Below are positions 63,756-64,000 of a DNA stretch of 64,000 nucleotides, piece after piece. The stretch comes from an uncultured Succinivibrio sp. (GTDB lineage Bacteria > Pseudomonadota > Gammaproteobacteria > Enterobacterales > Succinivibrionaceae). The notes beneath the pieces are model-generated. The model did not search any database, was not told the DNA's origin, and worked only from the letters and a program-made list of their open reading frames with translations. Position numbers and translations under genes: made by a program. Numbering within the stretch: the stretch's first letter is position 1; each line of letters starts with the position of its first letter. The stretch is taken from assembly GCA_900770725.1 (NCBI GenBank), contig CAAGLL010000013.1, positions 23,332-87,331 on the forward strand. Reading direction: 5' to 3'.

Positions 63756-63949
63756 TTGAACTGCCGCTGCGCTTTGTCGTAGCTGAAGCCCGCCTTCCTG
63801 AGGCGCTCTTCAAGCTTCTTAGCGTCGATCTCCTGCGCCGCGCACAGATCCTCGAGCGAGGAGAACTCGTCGCGCAGCTGCATGTTGACCGCCGAGACCA
63901 GGATGTAGGGATCCATGGTCTCGTAGCGCTTGAGCGGGATCATCGCCAT
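63752..63949 (-). CDS. DUF4250 family small protein
   Basis: MDPYILVSAVNMQLRD.F.SLEDLC...GF.YD...QF. Confidence 0.85.
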   Translation of the reverse strand: MAMIPLKRYETMDPYILVSAVNMQLRDEFSSLEDLCAAQEIDAKKLEERLRKAGFSYDKAQRQFK

Positions 63950-63950
63950 C

Positions 63951-63998
63951 TCACTTCACCTCTTCCTTGAGCGCCTCGCGCATGCGCTTTGCCTGATC
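63951..63998 (-). CDS. 3' end of an upstream CDS truncated by the window edge
   Basis: Minus frame reads DQAKRMREALKEEVK-stop, abutting the DUF4250 start. Confidence 0.5.
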   Translation of the reverse strand, partial: DQAKRMREALKEEVK

Positions 63999-64000
63999 GA

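Noticed and set aside
1..64000. Many long antisense or alternate-frame ORFs (e.g. 17492-18970 +, 2357-3472 -, 9677-10687 -, 27691-28680 +, 34085-35059 +)
   Set aside because: Shadows of high-GC3 real genes; no family motifs; R/G/A/P-rich composition
1..64000. CRISPR array, cas genes, rRNA or tRNA
   Set aside because: No regularly spaced repeats or RNA-gene signatures found in any intergenic region read

Overview
High-GC chromosomal segment of a gammaproteobacterium. Gene content and order (uup-yciV-yciO, rdgC, gyrA-serC, fadD-rnd, prs, short rplY, sohB-topA, dusA) and the divergent proteins suggest an anaerobic gut lineage such as Succinivibrionaceae; this is inference, not a database result. 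About 50 CDS were found, mostly housekeeping and transport genes. Accessory elements are two tandem membrane GGDEF genes, a lower-GC sugar-acid island (two mandelate-racemase-subgroup enolases, GntR, SDR, TRAP transporter), a GmrSD-type (DUF262-DUF1524) gene and a stand-alone HNH nuclease. I found no rRNA, tRNA, CRISPR array, integrase or transposase. Three observations stand out. (1) A ~300-nt non-coding element at 15945-16245 folds into a dense multi-stem structure and matches no RNA family I recognise. (2) Four full-length ORFs keep the fold signatures of SHMT, exonuclease I, RocB/M20 peptidase and Fe-alcohol dehydrogenase but have lost their catalytic residues. (3) The GmrSD protein carries a C-terminal domain resembling the SeqA methyl-GATC reader. 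All family assignments are by eye from motifs.
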